Assembly (NCBI GenBank): GCA_030390025.1 | Contig: CM059433.1 | Span: 17,796,001-17,860,000, forward strand | Source of the DNA: Squalus acanthias | Lineage: Eukaryota | Direction of reading: 5' to 3' | DNA length: 64,000 nt | Notes under the pieces: generated by a model | Database searches by the model: none | What the model was told of the DNA's origin: nothing | The model's input: the letters and a program-made list of their open reading frames with translations, nothing else | Part shown: piece after piece, positions 12,980 through 25,414 of the stretch | Layout of the letters: every line of letters begins with the position of its first letter | Numbering within the stretch: the stretch's first letter is position 1 | Made by a program: the position numbers and the translations under genes

Positions 12980-13990
12980 GGTGACGGGAATTTACGCTGA
13001 AATTTCGTGCCGAGCTCATTTGCCAATGTAGGAGTAACAGCGAGGCTGGCAGGAAACGCCCGGCAACAGTCAAAGGCAGACTGCGCCGCCCGCCAACGCT
13101 GAGAATCGATGGTTTAGCTGTGCCAGCCTTACGATGGCCAGCAGTGTGCTGTCCGTGAAAGCTTGCACACTCACTTGATTCCGAATGTATTTGAGTTTTC
13201 TGCAGGTTCCATGAAGCTGTAACGTTCAAAGCAGCTGCTGTTGAAACTAGACTCAGCTCTGTCTCAGTGAGGTATCTGATTGCTCCGAACATAACTTGTT
13301 CACTGAAGTTCAGGTTAGGACTTTTAGTGCACGTTCCTCCCAGGTAGTCGAAGATGTCCTTTCTCAATCTGGGTTTCAATAGGGGTAATACCATGGGCTA
13401 CTGTCTTCTGCCTTCGTACCTCATTCTCCGAACCTTTTGCCTCTGCTGCTCTTCTTCCTCTTCCATTATAATGTAGAGCAGCGGTACCTTCCTAGTATGA
13501 AAGCCATTCCAGCTGCATTGCCCTTATGACTGCGTTAAGGGGCTGAAGAAGGTGTGCGGTCTGAAAAATTTCAAGTACACTGAGACTTACAAAACTTTGA
13601 TTAAGTATGGTGCAGGTCTCAGAAAGAAAAGATTTTTTTGTTTTTCAACGGAAAGAAAATTGCTATCGAACTCCATAAATCTCAGTTACACAATTATCAG
13701 GTGACCTGAAGCCGGATGTGCCTAAATTTTAGGGCATAGACCAGCACATTACTGCCATAAATGTAGGAAATTCACTTGAGCTGGTCTTTTGCATGGGGGC
13801 AGAGCTATGTAAATGATTGGCAGAGGGTTTCGGTGGACGTATCTCAGAGGCAGCGCTAACGAGCGAGGAAATTCACACGTACCGATGTTTCAGCGTGAAA
13901 CCGGCATAACTCAGTTACACACAGAATAAAATGATGCTATGCCGCTATTATGTTGTACTTATGGCGAAAAGTTCCAGGAAACTCCAGGCC
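12980..13990 (-). mobile_element. Degenerate Harbinger-derived element
   Basis: End GGAAACTCCAGGCC resembles the other MITE termini. Minus-strand relic EEEEEQQRQKVRR...IFDYL...LNFSEQ resembles a Harbinger transposase N-terminus. Confidence 0.45.
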
Positions 13991-13999
13991 ATTATTTTA

Positions 14000-14830
14000 G
14001 GATTACATTGGTATACAGCTCAGAAACAGGCCATTCGGCCCAACCAGTCCATGCCGGTGTTTATACTCCACACGAACCTCCTCCCATCTTTCCTCATCTA
14101 ACTCTATCAGCATAACCCTCTATTCACTTCTCCCTCATATGCTTATCTAGCCTCCCCTTAAATGCATCCATACTATTCACTTCAACCACTCCCTGTGGTA
14201 GCGAGTTCCACATTCCCACCACTCTCTAGGTAAAGAAGTTTCTTCTGAATTCCCTATTTGATTTCTCGGTGACTATCTTATATTGATGGCTTCTAGTTTT
14301 GCTCTTCCCCACAAGTAGTAACACTCTCTCTGTATCAAAGCCTTTCATCATTTTAAAGACCTCTGTAAGGTCACCCCTCAGCCTTCTCTTTTCAAGAGAA
14401 AATAAACTCAGCCTGTTCATCCTTTCCTGATAGGTATAACCTCGCATTTCTAGTATCATCCTTGTAAATCTTCTCTGCACCCTCTCCAGTGCCTCTATAT
14501 CCTTTGTATAATATGGTGACCAGAAGTGTACGCAGTACTCTAGGTGTGGTCTAACCAAGGTTCGATACAAGTTCAGCATAACTTCACTACTTTTCAATTC
14601 TATCCCTCTAGAAATAAACCATAGTGCTTGGTTTGCTTTTTTAATGGCTTTGTTAACCTGTGTCACTACTTTTAGTGATTTGTGTATTTGTACTCCGAGA
14701 TCCCTTTGCTCTTCTACCCCATTTAGATTCTTATTTTCCAAGTAATATGTGACCTCCTTATTTTTCTTACCAAAATGTAATACCTCACATTTATCTGTGT
14801 TGAAATTCATTTGCCCATTCTTCAAGTTTA
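14000..14830 (-). mobile_element. Classical CR1 LINE 3' fragment
   Basis: ORF 14226-14861: FNTDKCEVLHFG...RDLGV...LVRPHLEYCVHFWSP. Close relative of 10810-11385. Confidence 0.9.
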
Positions 14831-15355
14831 TTAATTTATGAGCCAGAAAAAAATTGGGCAATTTTAATTTATTCGTTTTTACAAATCATATCTATGCCTT
14901 GTAAATGTGCAGAATTGTAAACCCTTTCTTGTGAAGTCTGCAGTTTCTGCAGAGGATTATCACCCAGATTGGAGCAGGCATCCCATACTTCCCAGGAGTC
15001 AAACCTTCATTCTGTCTTGCAACTTCAACACCTATATTTGCTTAAGAGGTGTGCCTCATGAACATTTCCGAGAAAATAAGCATTAACCTGAAATCATTTT
15101 TGCCAGTGGCCACATACCAAATCAAAACGTGTTAGCACTTACACTGTATGTTAACAATATAAAGGTTAGAGATCTTTACTCCCAGGTGCATGGGCAAAAC
15201 TGTGTTCATGCTTTGATAATACTAATGCAAGAAATTCCTTATATTAGCTCACAATTTGCTCATACAGAGCAAAAATTAAACCATGGGGAGAACTCTAGAT
15301 CCATGCAGAGACTGACTATGGTGTAGATCCAGAGGCATTGGCACCTTGCCGATAC

Positions 15356-15670
15356 AGAATCACAGAATCCCCACAGTGCAGATAGAGGCCATTTCGGCCC
15401 ATCGAGCCTGCACCGACACATATCCCACCCTATCCCCGTAACCCCACGTATTTAATCCCCCTAACACTAAGGGTCAATTTATCATAGCCAAATCAACCTA
15501 ACCCGCACATCTTTGGACTGTGGGAGGAAACCGGAGCACCCGGAGGAAACCCACGCAGACACGGGGAGAATGTGCAAACTCCACACAGACAGTCACCCTA
15601 GGCCGGATTCGAACCCGGATCCCTGGCGCTGTGAGGCAACAGTGCTAACCACTATGCCACCGTGTTGCCC
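15356..15670 (-). mobile_element. HE1-like V-SINE
   Basis: Minus strand: tRNA head GGTGGCATAGTGGTTAGCACTG...GGTTCGAATCC, V-domain TGTGTGGAGTTTGCACATTCTCCCCGTGTCTGCGTGGGTTTCCTCCGGG, and a CR1-derived 3' tail. Confidence 0.85.
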
Positions 15671-15674
15671 TAAA

Positions 15675-15970
15675 TGATCATGCTTCATGTGTGAGCCTAG
15701 TCGGTGTCGCCAAGCATTTCCCAAGCTTGTGGGACACAAAAGCTGAGACTATTTTGACCTCACCCAACATCCACATTTTCCAGCAGGAATTATTGGATCG
15801 CAGTCAAGTGCCATCGGTGATCCTTTTTCACCCTCCCTAACCCAGGGTGCTGAGATTACCTGCATTACCCCAGGTGAGATCAGCTAAGTCAATACCAACA
15901 TAAGCTCGGACCTTCTGGCCTGGATGGCTTAGTACCATATTGAGTAGTGCAATTGCCCACTAAGTCAGCA
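15675..15970 (-). mobile_element. Old LF-SINE-like element
   Basis: Diverged similarity to 7995-8185 and 42290-42590 (GAGATCAGCTAA, CCCTCCCTAACCCAGGG). Confidence 0.45.
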
Positions 15971-16792
15971 AGGGCCAACAAAGGATACTTCTGACCAGCT
16001 CTGTCAAATACAGTGTACTTTAACCCCACCGCCGCCCCCCTCCGCCCCGGCATGCCAGGCTTGATTTTAAACTGGTTCGATCTCACAGATCTCAGAAGAT
16101 GGGGTTCAATGAGTTAAACAAGTCCCACGAAGTGAAAATGAAGAATGGAACTTCACAGATTAATAATATTGTCAGGTTGTGATGTCCCTCAACTGCAAAG
16201 AAAATCACTTTTCACTGTTGTATACTTCACAACGTTCCTGTCACTTTGAGTGGGTCTGCTGATTTCTTCTTCCACCTAAGAATAGTATCTGTGAATCCAT
16301 GAAAACAGGAAGATTGTCAATAAGCCATTGTATAATTCTTGTGCCCCCTGTTGACTTTACAGCCATAAAAACAGTGGTGCCAGTGTAGAAAAGTAAATGG
16401 GACAATACTTCAGAGATAGTGTATGAGATCTGTTTGTTTTATGTGAGCTTGTAGTGCTGAGAAGCAGAAATCACTTCACACCAACGCCGAACTTGTAGTG
16501 TAAGTGTACCCTTATTTCCATTTTTAGCATAAACTGCCCAGAACCGGACACAAAGTTATCCATCTTGCTCAAAGAGGCCACAATAAAGGTTAATGTAGCA
16601 AACAAAAATGTCGTACTAAGGCTGGGGCTAACGCACATTCTGGGGCATTGTGGAGGGCATTTAACCAACCAATGCTATTTATACCTGACCTAGAAGTGCT
16701 TGCTGCTGGTAATGTATAGAAAAAGTGGTAAATGTTACATTCACCAGGATGGGCATCATTCATTTGAAAAAAAATGGTTTAATGAAGACAAA

Positions 16793-18578
16793 GGGCTGGA
16801 TTTTGCCGGCGCTCACAGTGTGGGTTTGGAGGCGGGTCCGCTGTCAAAATAGCAAAGATTGACAGCGGGTCAGTATCCTGCTGTAAACCCGCCTCCACGC
16901 GAGTCTCCCAGGTGTCGGGTCTGTCTGCGCAGAACTGACCCGACACCAAGCGGCGGGGGAGACAATTTATATCACTAAATGGCTTGTTAACAGCCAATTT
17001 AATGCTATTTTGAGCCTACCTTGTAATTTTACGTGCTCCCCCATGGGTTACCCACTGCTCGGGGAAAACAGCAGCTCACCTTGGCGTGAGTAAAGTCTGC
17101 TTTGATTTATCTGATAAGCTGACAGCTGCAGAAGTGGTATAAAGGATGCCATGTTGCAGATGGTGAGTTTCAGAGCTCAGAAACTGTTGGTTACTGTATT
17201 TGTAAGACATATAGAGATTTCTTTAGCTTGCAATTGTTTAGAGCTAACTGTATATCCACTGTCACCTTATTCGAACAACCTCTCTTACCATTGACAGTTC
17301 GCTTCTGTCATCTCACCTGCAGCTGCCATCTATTCCAGCAACATCGGTGCCCTTGAAAAAAATCACGCCTTGGTCCTCTGAATCCTTCTATGATCAGCCC
17401 CAACACCAACATCACCAGGCACACCAACATCACCAACTTTCTCCGCCATCACCTGATGCTGCACTGGACACAGGGCATCAGCCCCTGACAACATTGCCGC
17501 CCAGGAGGCCAGCGATGGCATCACCATAGCCAGATTTACTTCACTTGACGCTGTTAACCCTGGCTGTCACATGATGTGTCAGGTTGACACCATCCCACAC
17601 CAGCGCCGTGAAGCATCCCTACAATGTCCAAGTCATTCCTTTCACACTCATCACTATAGCGGGGGGGGGGGGGGGGAAGTTATGTCTCAACATTCACTGG
17701 AACTCAGTAAGACACTTCTCAAGGTGCGCTCAGATCTGTCCAATAAGGTGAAGTGCTGAAAATATAGATTTCACTGTATGACAACACATTACCAGAAACT
17801 TTACATGAACATTGGCTAAACCTCTCAAGTGCCTACCCTTGTGTGTTGCAAGTTGGTATGCTTGCAGTAGGATGAGTGTGAGTGTGAGGGGTGGCTAGTG
17901 AGGTGGGGAAGTGATAATGTAGATAGAGAGGGATGGGTGGAGGTGCAAGGTAAGTTGGTGTGAGTAAGGATGTGCAGGAGTAGGGTATGGAAGGCAGAGT
18001 GATGGGAATGTGATGAGTGGCACAGCAGGGTGAGTTTGAGTGTGGCATTGCAGTAACGTTTCGTGATCTACTGAGATCATTGAAAGGTTTGCGTCACTGC
18101 AGCCAGGTCATCCTGACGACATCCCTGCTTGTGTCCTCCTGTGCAATGTGCAACCAGACTGCGTTGATCTCCTGGGGAGGTCTCTTCTGCCCATTGGAAG
18201 GAAGAAAATCTCCATGCATGCTGTGACTCTCTCGATAAGCATATGGAGGGAGTCACGCGTGAGCCTGGGTGCAGACGTGCACCTCTGTGCAGTGCTTGTC
18301 AGTATTTGCAGCTCCTCAATGCTGCAAAACACTGACAGCACAGCTGTCAAACTCAATGTGGCCGTGGTCCCTTTAAGGAAACCGGTTGCTGACGCATCAT
18401 CAAATGACGTCATCAGACCCTGTGTCCTGTTAATTGGCCAGCAACCCTGCAGGGTGGGCTTAACAAGGACAATCTACGGAAAATCTTTTTCAGAGAGTGG
18501 CTGTAGACGGGAGCGGGACCGGAAACCGCCAACCAGCTCTCCCGCCGCCATCCCGCCTCCGCAGGGAAAATTCAGCCC
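16793..18578. mobile_element. Non-autonomous PIF/Harbinger element with Myb/SANT relic (copy 1)
   Basis: TIRs GGGCTGGATTTT / AAAATTCAGCCC. Minus-strand relic APRLTRDSLHMLIERVTAC... is Myb/SANT-like. Homologous to 23519-25313 in the opposite orientation. Confidence 0.75.
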
Positions 18579-18665
18579 AAAGATTGCACCTGAAGTTTGA
18601 TTCTCAGTTCAGTTGCAATTAAAATGATTTGAAGTCACTTTATAATCAAAGCTAGTACTTTCTTA

Positions 18666-19944
18666 CAGAAGCAAAATACTGTGGATGCTGGAAATCTGAA
18701 ATAAACAGAAAATGCTGGAGATACTCAGCAGGTCACTCAGCATCTGTGGAGAGAGAAACAGAGTTAACGTTTCACGTTGATGACCTTTCGTCAGAGCTGG
18801 AAAATGTTAGAGATGTAACAGATTTTAAGCAAGTGCAGAGGCAGGGAAAGGGGGGAGGGGAGGAAAGAACAAAAGGAAAGGTCTATGATAGGATGGAAGG
18901 CAGGAGAGATTAAATGACAAAAGGTATGATAGTACAAAGCAAAAGGGGATGGTAATGGGACAAGTAAAGAAACACAGGATGAGTCTAGAAGAGGTGTAAA
19001 TGAGAATGGCAGAATCATCAACAGCTGCCATGTGAAAAAAACAGGGGCAGAGGTTATGGTCTGAAATTGTTGAACTCGATGTTGAGTCCAGAAGGCTGTA
19101 AAGTGCCTAATTGAAAGATGAGGTGCTGTTCCTCGAGCTTACGTTGAACTTCATTGGAACAGTGTAAGAGGCCGAGGACCGAGAGGTCAGAGTGGGAGTG
19201 GAGCGGAGAATTAAAGTGACAGGCGACCGGAAGCTCAGGGTCACCCTTACGGACTGAACGGAGTTGTTCCGCAACACTGTCTCCCAATCTGCGTTTGGTC
19301 TCCCCAGTGTAGAGGAGACCGCATCATGAGCAGCGAATACAGTATACTAAATTGCAAAAAGTACAAGTAAATCGCTGTTTCACCTGGAAGGAGTATTTGG
19401 GGCCCTGGACAGTGGGAAGGGAGGAGGTAAAAGGGCAGGTGTTGCATCTCCTGCGCTTGCACGGGAAGTTGCGGTGGGAAGGGGAGGGGATGTTGGGGAT
19501 GATTGAGGAGTGGACCAGGGTGTCGTGGAGGGAGCAGTCCCTTTGGAATGCTGAAAGGGGAGGGGAGGGGGAAGATGCGTTTCATGGTGGGATCACGCTG
19601 GAGGTGGCGGAAATGGCAGAGGATGATCTGTTGAATGTGGAGGCTGGTGGGGTGAAAGGTGAGGACAAGGGGAATACTATGATGGTTCTGGGAGGGAGGG
19701 GAAGGGGTGAGAGCAGAAGTGTGGGAAATGGAATGAACACGGTCGAGGGCCATGTCAACCACGGTAGGGGGAATCCTCAGTTGAGGAAAAAGGAAGACAT
19801 ATCGGAAGCACTAGTATGGAAGGTGGCATCATCAGAACAGATGCGACGGAGACAGAGAAACTGGCAGAATGGAACAGAGTCCTTACAGGAAGCGGGGTGG
19901 GAGGAAGTGTAGTCCAGGTAGCTGTGGGAGTCAGTGGACTTATA
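18666..19944 (-). mobile_element. Penelope-like retroelement, 5'-truncated (RT C-terminus, GIY-YIG endonuclease, terminal repeat)
   Basis: IPLVLTFHPTSLHIQQIIL and LPVACHFNSPLHSHSDLSVLGL...RKLEEQHLIFQLGTLQPSGLNIEF. Possible TSD CTTTCTTA at 18658 and 20853. Frameshifted. Confidence 0.85.
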
Positions 19945-20836
19945 GGGGTAAAAATTCAGTTGGTTGCGCCTCCCGTTAGCGCCTTAAGAGGGCGCTAATG
20001 GGGCGCAAAGCCGCTAACGCCCGGCGCAGCGATGTTTGCGCCGCTCGGGAACTTAACTAGAGATTGTGCGGCGGCGCTAAACTTTACCGCTGCGACCACC
20101 TGCGCGCGCAGATTGTGATGTCATTCCATGGTGCAACGCCCTTGTGGCGCCCCGGAGCGGAAATTGAGTGGCGCCCCCTGCCTTACCGCCTGGCGCATCC
20201 AACAACCAGAAGACTGGAACGCTATCAATCGCTGTGGGGCTGGGGGGGGCGCTATTTAAAGGGGGCCTCTTCCTGTCTTTTATTGTTGGTGGCATTTTTG
20301 AACTACGCATTCTGAGAGAGAGAGGGAGAGACTTCTGGAGAGATTCAGCGTTGTGTGAAGGAGTTTTGGGTACTGAGCAGCACTTTGCAGGTTCATTTTG
20401 ATTTGCCATTCCTTGTATCGATTTAGCAGAGACTGTGGGAGCTGCACTCTGAGCTCTTTGCCTGGTACTCTCCATTGTTCTTTCCAGCACATTTGATGTG
20501 CAAGTCTCTCCAGGCCGAGATTCAAGGCTGCAATGAACAGGATGTGGATGGAAAGCAAGATTAACCATCCCCTTTAAGAACTGGCCCGTGCCATTGTGTG
20601 TGTGTTCCATTGCTGACTGACATTACATGAGCTTCGCCAGCGCTCTGAGTTAGCGCCTCACTCCTTGGCCTTTGCGCCTTAAGACAGGTGTGCAGCGCCT
20701 GCTTTAGCGCTCCAATCACCTCCCGGGGCGGTAAAAGTGAAGTTTCCAGTCAGTGCCGATAATTAGCGCCAGGCGCTAATATTTGCGTCCAGACGATATT
20801 TGCGCCCCAAATGGGGCACGACCTAATTTTTCCCCC
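19945..20836. mobile_element. Young Harbinger-type MITE (copy 1)
   Basis: Termini GGGGTAAAAATT / AATTTTTCCCCC, TSD ATA. Near-identical inverted copy at 44308-45200. Confidence 0.85.
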
Positions 20837-21484
20837 ATAGTGACTTATAGAGCTTTCTTAGTTGGCTTGCGGAATCACAGAAAGTTGGCTTTGTCTATGC
20901 AAAACTGTAAACCCAAATATGCAGCCCTAATTCTGGCAGCCCTAATTCTATGGCAATCTACTGCAAGACCATGGAACATGATAACGATTACAAGACTCTA
21001 ATCTTGCATAGTAACAGTAGAATCTTGATTGAACTATTCAGTATAGCAAAGGACCATAATCCACTTCATTTTTGTCAATTATACTATTTTGGAAGAGTTT
21101 AAATTTGTCTTCATATAAGAGTCTCTGTATCAAGGCCATTCTGTTTTATTCTTTAAAATGTTATTATTGAATAGATTATAACAGACTTTCAGTTTCCCGT
21201 CATTTGGATACTCCAGTCAATTGCATAGCCTGTTGAATTCTCACAATCTCTTCTGTGGGAGTCAGTTTAGTTGAGTAAGTAATAATAAGATAAATATATT
21301 TAAAATTTAGCTATTTTCATTCCACACTCACCAAGGCAAATCTTAATCTGTTGTTAAGTCTTTTGTATATTGGCGTGCAGCCAGTGCAAATATCACACTC
21401 CAAATTCCTTAAACACCCCTAAATTAACATAATATGGCAAATATAGCGCAGAAGTTTTCAAATAAATTACTTTTTGTATCAAGA

Positions 21485-23029
21485 AACGTCTGAGCGCACT
21501 GGATACAGCAAAGGCTGTGGGCCCCGACAACATCCAGGCTGTTGTGCTGAAGACTTGTGCTCCAAACTAGCCGCGCCTCTAGCCAAGCTGTTCCAGTACA
21601 GCTACAACACTGGCATCTACCCGACAATGTGGAAAACTGCCCAGGTTTGTCCTGTCCACAAAAAGCAGGACAAATCCAATCCGGCCAATTACCACCCCAT
21701 CAGTCTACTCTCAATCATCAGCAAAGTGATGGAAGGTGTCATCGACAGTGCTATCAAGCAGCACTTACTCACCAATAACCTGCTCACTGATGCCCAGTTT
21801 GGGTTCCACCAAGACCACTCAGCTCCCAACCTCATTACAGCCTTGGTCCAAACACGGACAAAGTAGCTGAATTCCAGAGGTGAGGTGAGAGTGACTGCCC
21901 TTGACATCAAGGCAGCATTTGATCGAGTGTGGCATCAAGAAGCCCTAGTAAAACTGAAGTCAATGAGAATCGGGGGGAAACTTCTCCACTGGCTGGAGTC
22001 ATACCTAGCACAAAGGAAAATGGTGGTTGCAGGTCAATCATCACAGCCCCAGGACATCGCTGCAGGAGTTCCTCAGGGCAGTGTCCTAGGCCGAACCATC
22101 TTCAGCTGCTTCATCAATGACATTCCCTCCATCATAAGGTCAGAAGTAGGGATGTTCGCTGATGACTACACAGTGTTCAGTGCCATTCACAACTCCTCAG
22201 ATAATGAAGCAGTCCACGCCAGCATGCAGCAAGACCTGGACGCCATTCAGGCTTGGGCTGATAAGTGGCAGGTAACATTCGCGCCATACAAGTGCCAGGC
22301 AATGACTTTGACATTCAACGGCATTACCATCGCCGAATCCCCCACCATCAACATCCCGGGGGGTCACCATTGACCAGAAACTTAACTGGACCAGCCACAC
22401 AAATACTGTGGCAACAACAGCAGGTCAGAGGCTGGGTATTCTGCGGTGAGTGTCTCACCTCCTGACTCCCCAAAGCCTTTCCACCATCTACAAGGCACAA
22501 GTCAGGAGTGTGATGGAATACTCTCCACTTGCCTGGATGAGTGCAGCTCCAACAACACTCAAGGCGCTCGACACCATCCAGGACAAAGCAGCCCGCTTGA
22601 TTGGCACCTTATCCACCACCTTAAACATTCACTCCCTCCACCACCGGCGTACCGTGGCTGCAGTGTGTACCATCGACAAGATGCACTGCAGCAACTTGCC
22701 AAGGCTTCTTCGGCAGCACCTCCCAAACCCGCGACCTCTTCCACCTAGAAGGACAAGGGCAGCAGGCGCATGGGAACACCACCACCTCCAAGTTCCCCTC
22801 CAAGTCACACACCATCCTGACTTATAAGTATATCGCCGTTCCTTCATCGTCGCTGGGTCAAAATCCTGGAACTCCCTCCCTAACAGCACTGTGGGAGTAC
22901 CTTTACCACACAGACTGCAGCGGTTCAAGAAGGCGGCTCACCACCACCTTCTCGAGGGCAACTAGGGATGGGCAATAAATGCTGGCCTTGCCAGCGACGC
23001 CCAGATCCCAGGAACGAATTTTAAAAAAA
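21485..23029 (+). mobile_element. LINE family A, 1.5-kb fragment including the reverse transcriptase domain (disrupted)
   Basis: YHPISLLSIISKVME, QFGF, ALDIKAAFDRVWH, GVPQGSVLG and FADD motifs. Contains stops and frameshifts. A-tail. Confidence 0.92.
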
Positions 23030-23115
23030 TCATGGAATACAAGCTATATACAGACATTGCTTAAATGTCGAACTCCTTTGGATGAGCCAAATATCGTCCG
23101 ACTTATGACAGTGAA

Positions 23116-23382
23116 GGAATTCACTCCTGAAGCAAAGAGATAAGATTGTAGTGAAGCATCAAGGTTCAGCCCTTTCAGGTCCAATCCACACAAAATGTTT
23201 GACTTTCAATGCATGCAATTGCATTCTTAGGGCAACTAGGGATGGGCAGTAAATGTGGTCTTGCCAGAAAATTAAAAAAAGATTAACAATTTCCCACATC
23301 TGCAACCAAAGTTTTTATACACCGCCATCTGGACCTTGATGCTTCACTACAATCTTATCTCTTTGCTTCAGGAGTGAATTCC
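23116..23382. repeat. Perfect 50-bp inverted repeat with 167-bp spacer
   Basis: 23116-23165 GGAATTCACTCCTGAAGCAAAGAGATAAGATTGTAGTGAAGCATCAAGGT is the exact reverse complement of 23333-23382. Confidence 0.92.
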
Positions 23383-23518
23383 CTTTCCGAAAGGACATTA
23401 GTGAACCAATTGTATTTTTACAGCAGCTTTCATGGTCACTTTTTCTGGTGCTAGCCTTCAGATTACCAGAATATTGAATTCAATTTCACAATTTGCCATG
23501 GTGGGATTTGAACTCACA

Positions 23519-25313
23519 GGGCTGGATTTTACCAACCTCGGCGGGTCCGTGGAGTGCGTCGTCCTGACCCAGCAACTGTGTCGATCCCGGCCTCCAAAAT
23601 GATTTTACCCTGATGGGGCTCATTAAGCCCATCCTGCGAGGTTCCCGGCCAATTAAAAGGAAGCATGTCTGATGATGTCATTTGATGATGCGTCATCAGC
23701 CGGTTTCCTTAAAGGGACCATGGCCACATTCACATTGACAGTGGTGCTGTCAGTGTTCTACAGCATTGAGGTGCTGCAAACACTGAGAAGCACTGCACAG
23801 AGGTTCAGGGCTGTACCCAGGCTCTCCTATTACTCCCTCCATATGCTTATGGAGGGAGTCACAGCATGCAGGGAGGTTCTCTTCCCTTCCAATGGGCAGA
23901 AGAGACCTCCCCAGGAGACCAACACAGCCTGGTTGCACATTGCACAGGAGGGCACAAGCAGGGATATCGTCAGGAGGACCAGGCTACAGTGGTGCAATCC
24001 TTTCAATGATCTCAGATCTTTGCAGTTACTGCAAAGCCACACTCAACTTCATCCTGCTGTGCCACTCATCACATCCCCATCACTCTGCCTTCCCTACACT
24101 ATTCCTGCACATCCTTACTCACACCAACTTACCTTGCACCTCCACCCATCCCTCTCTATCTACATTATCACATCCCCATGTCACTAGCCACACCTCACAC
24201 TCACCCTCATCCTAGTCCAATCATACCAACTAACAACACACAAGGGTAGACACTTGGGTCTATAGCCAATGTTCATGTAAAGTTTCTGTTAATGCGCTGT
24301 CAAACATTGAAATCTTTATTTTCAACACTTTGCCTTCTTGGACAGATTTGTGTGCACCTTTGGAAGTGTCTTAGTGAGTTCTAGTGAATGGTGAGACATA
24401 ACCCCCCCCCCCCCCCCCCAATCATGATGAGTGTGAAAGGAATGGCTTGGACATTCTAGCGATGCTTTATGGTGCAGGTGTGGGGTGGTGTCAACCTGGC
24501 GCATCATGTGGCAGCCAGGGTGTACAGCGTCAAGTGAAGTAAATCTGGCCATGGTGAGGCCATCGCTGGCGTCCCGGGCAGCAATGTGGTCGGCTGCTGA
24601 TGCCCTGTGGCCTGTGCAGCATCAGGTGATTGCGGAGAAGGTTGGTGCTGTTGTTGGTGCTGCTGGTGTGCCTGGTGCTGCTGGTGTGCCTGGTGATGAT
24701 GGTGTTGGGGCTGATCGTGGTGGGATTCTGAGGACCAAGGTGAGATTGTTTCAAGGGCACCGATGCTGCTGGAATAGATGGCAGCTGAAGTTGAGATGAC
24801 AGAAGCGATCTGTCAATGGTGAGAGAACTTGCTCCAAGGAGATGACAGTGGATAGAGAGTTTACTCCAAACACTTCCAAACTGCATACAGCTCAAAAGCG
24901 TCTTCCAAATCCTGAAAGCTCCAGTTTCTGACATTGGGAAGTGAACAGCTGTGAAATGGTAGCTTTTATACCACTTTTGCAGCTGTCACCTATTCACAGC
25001 AATGGGGAGTCATTGAGAACCCGACACACTTAGCTGACGTGATGCCCGAGCGACTGGAACCTCCTGAAAAAGTTGGAAAAATGGTAAATACCTGGTAAAA
25101 TTCTTTTTAAATACCTTTAAACTACCTCTTAATGATATTAATTGGCTGGCCCACCGCTTGGTGTCGGGTCTGTGAAGCGAAGACAGACCCGGCACTTTGG
25201 AAACTTACAAGGAGGCGGGTTCAGAGCGGGATACCGCCCCGCTGTCAATCTTTTAGATTTTGACAGCGGCCCCGCCTCCAAAGCTGCACTCTGAGCGCCA
25301 GCAAAACCCGGCC
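23519..25313. mobile_element. Non-autonomous PIF/Harbinger element with Myb/SANT relic (copy 2)
   Basis: Termini GGGCTGGATTTT / AAAACCCGGCC, TSD ACA. ORF 23672-24187 reads LHMLMEGVTACREVLFP...AWLHIAQE...RRTRLQW...FNDL, a MSANTD-like trihelix. Confidence 0.8.
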
Positions 25314-25414
25314 ACAATTTCCGGATTGCTAGTCCACTACTATAACCACAACATTACCGTACCAAAAAATGACCATCCTGTTAGAACAGTCTTCGAACAC
25401 TTAATGGCACAGTT

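Noticed and set aside
12912..13394. 160-aa minus-strand ORF as a host gene
   Set aside because: Lies largely in a decayed Harbinger-like element, with an in-frame stop just upstream and no recognisable host protein.
15590..15670. tRNA gene (A and B boxes)
   Set aside because: It is the head of an HE1-like SINE. The same applies to the DeuSINE heads at 2023, about 39950 and 62220.
23672..24187. Domesticated MSANTD/NAIF1-like gene
   Set aside because: Inside a TIR/TSD-bounded element, and the second copy is frameshifted.
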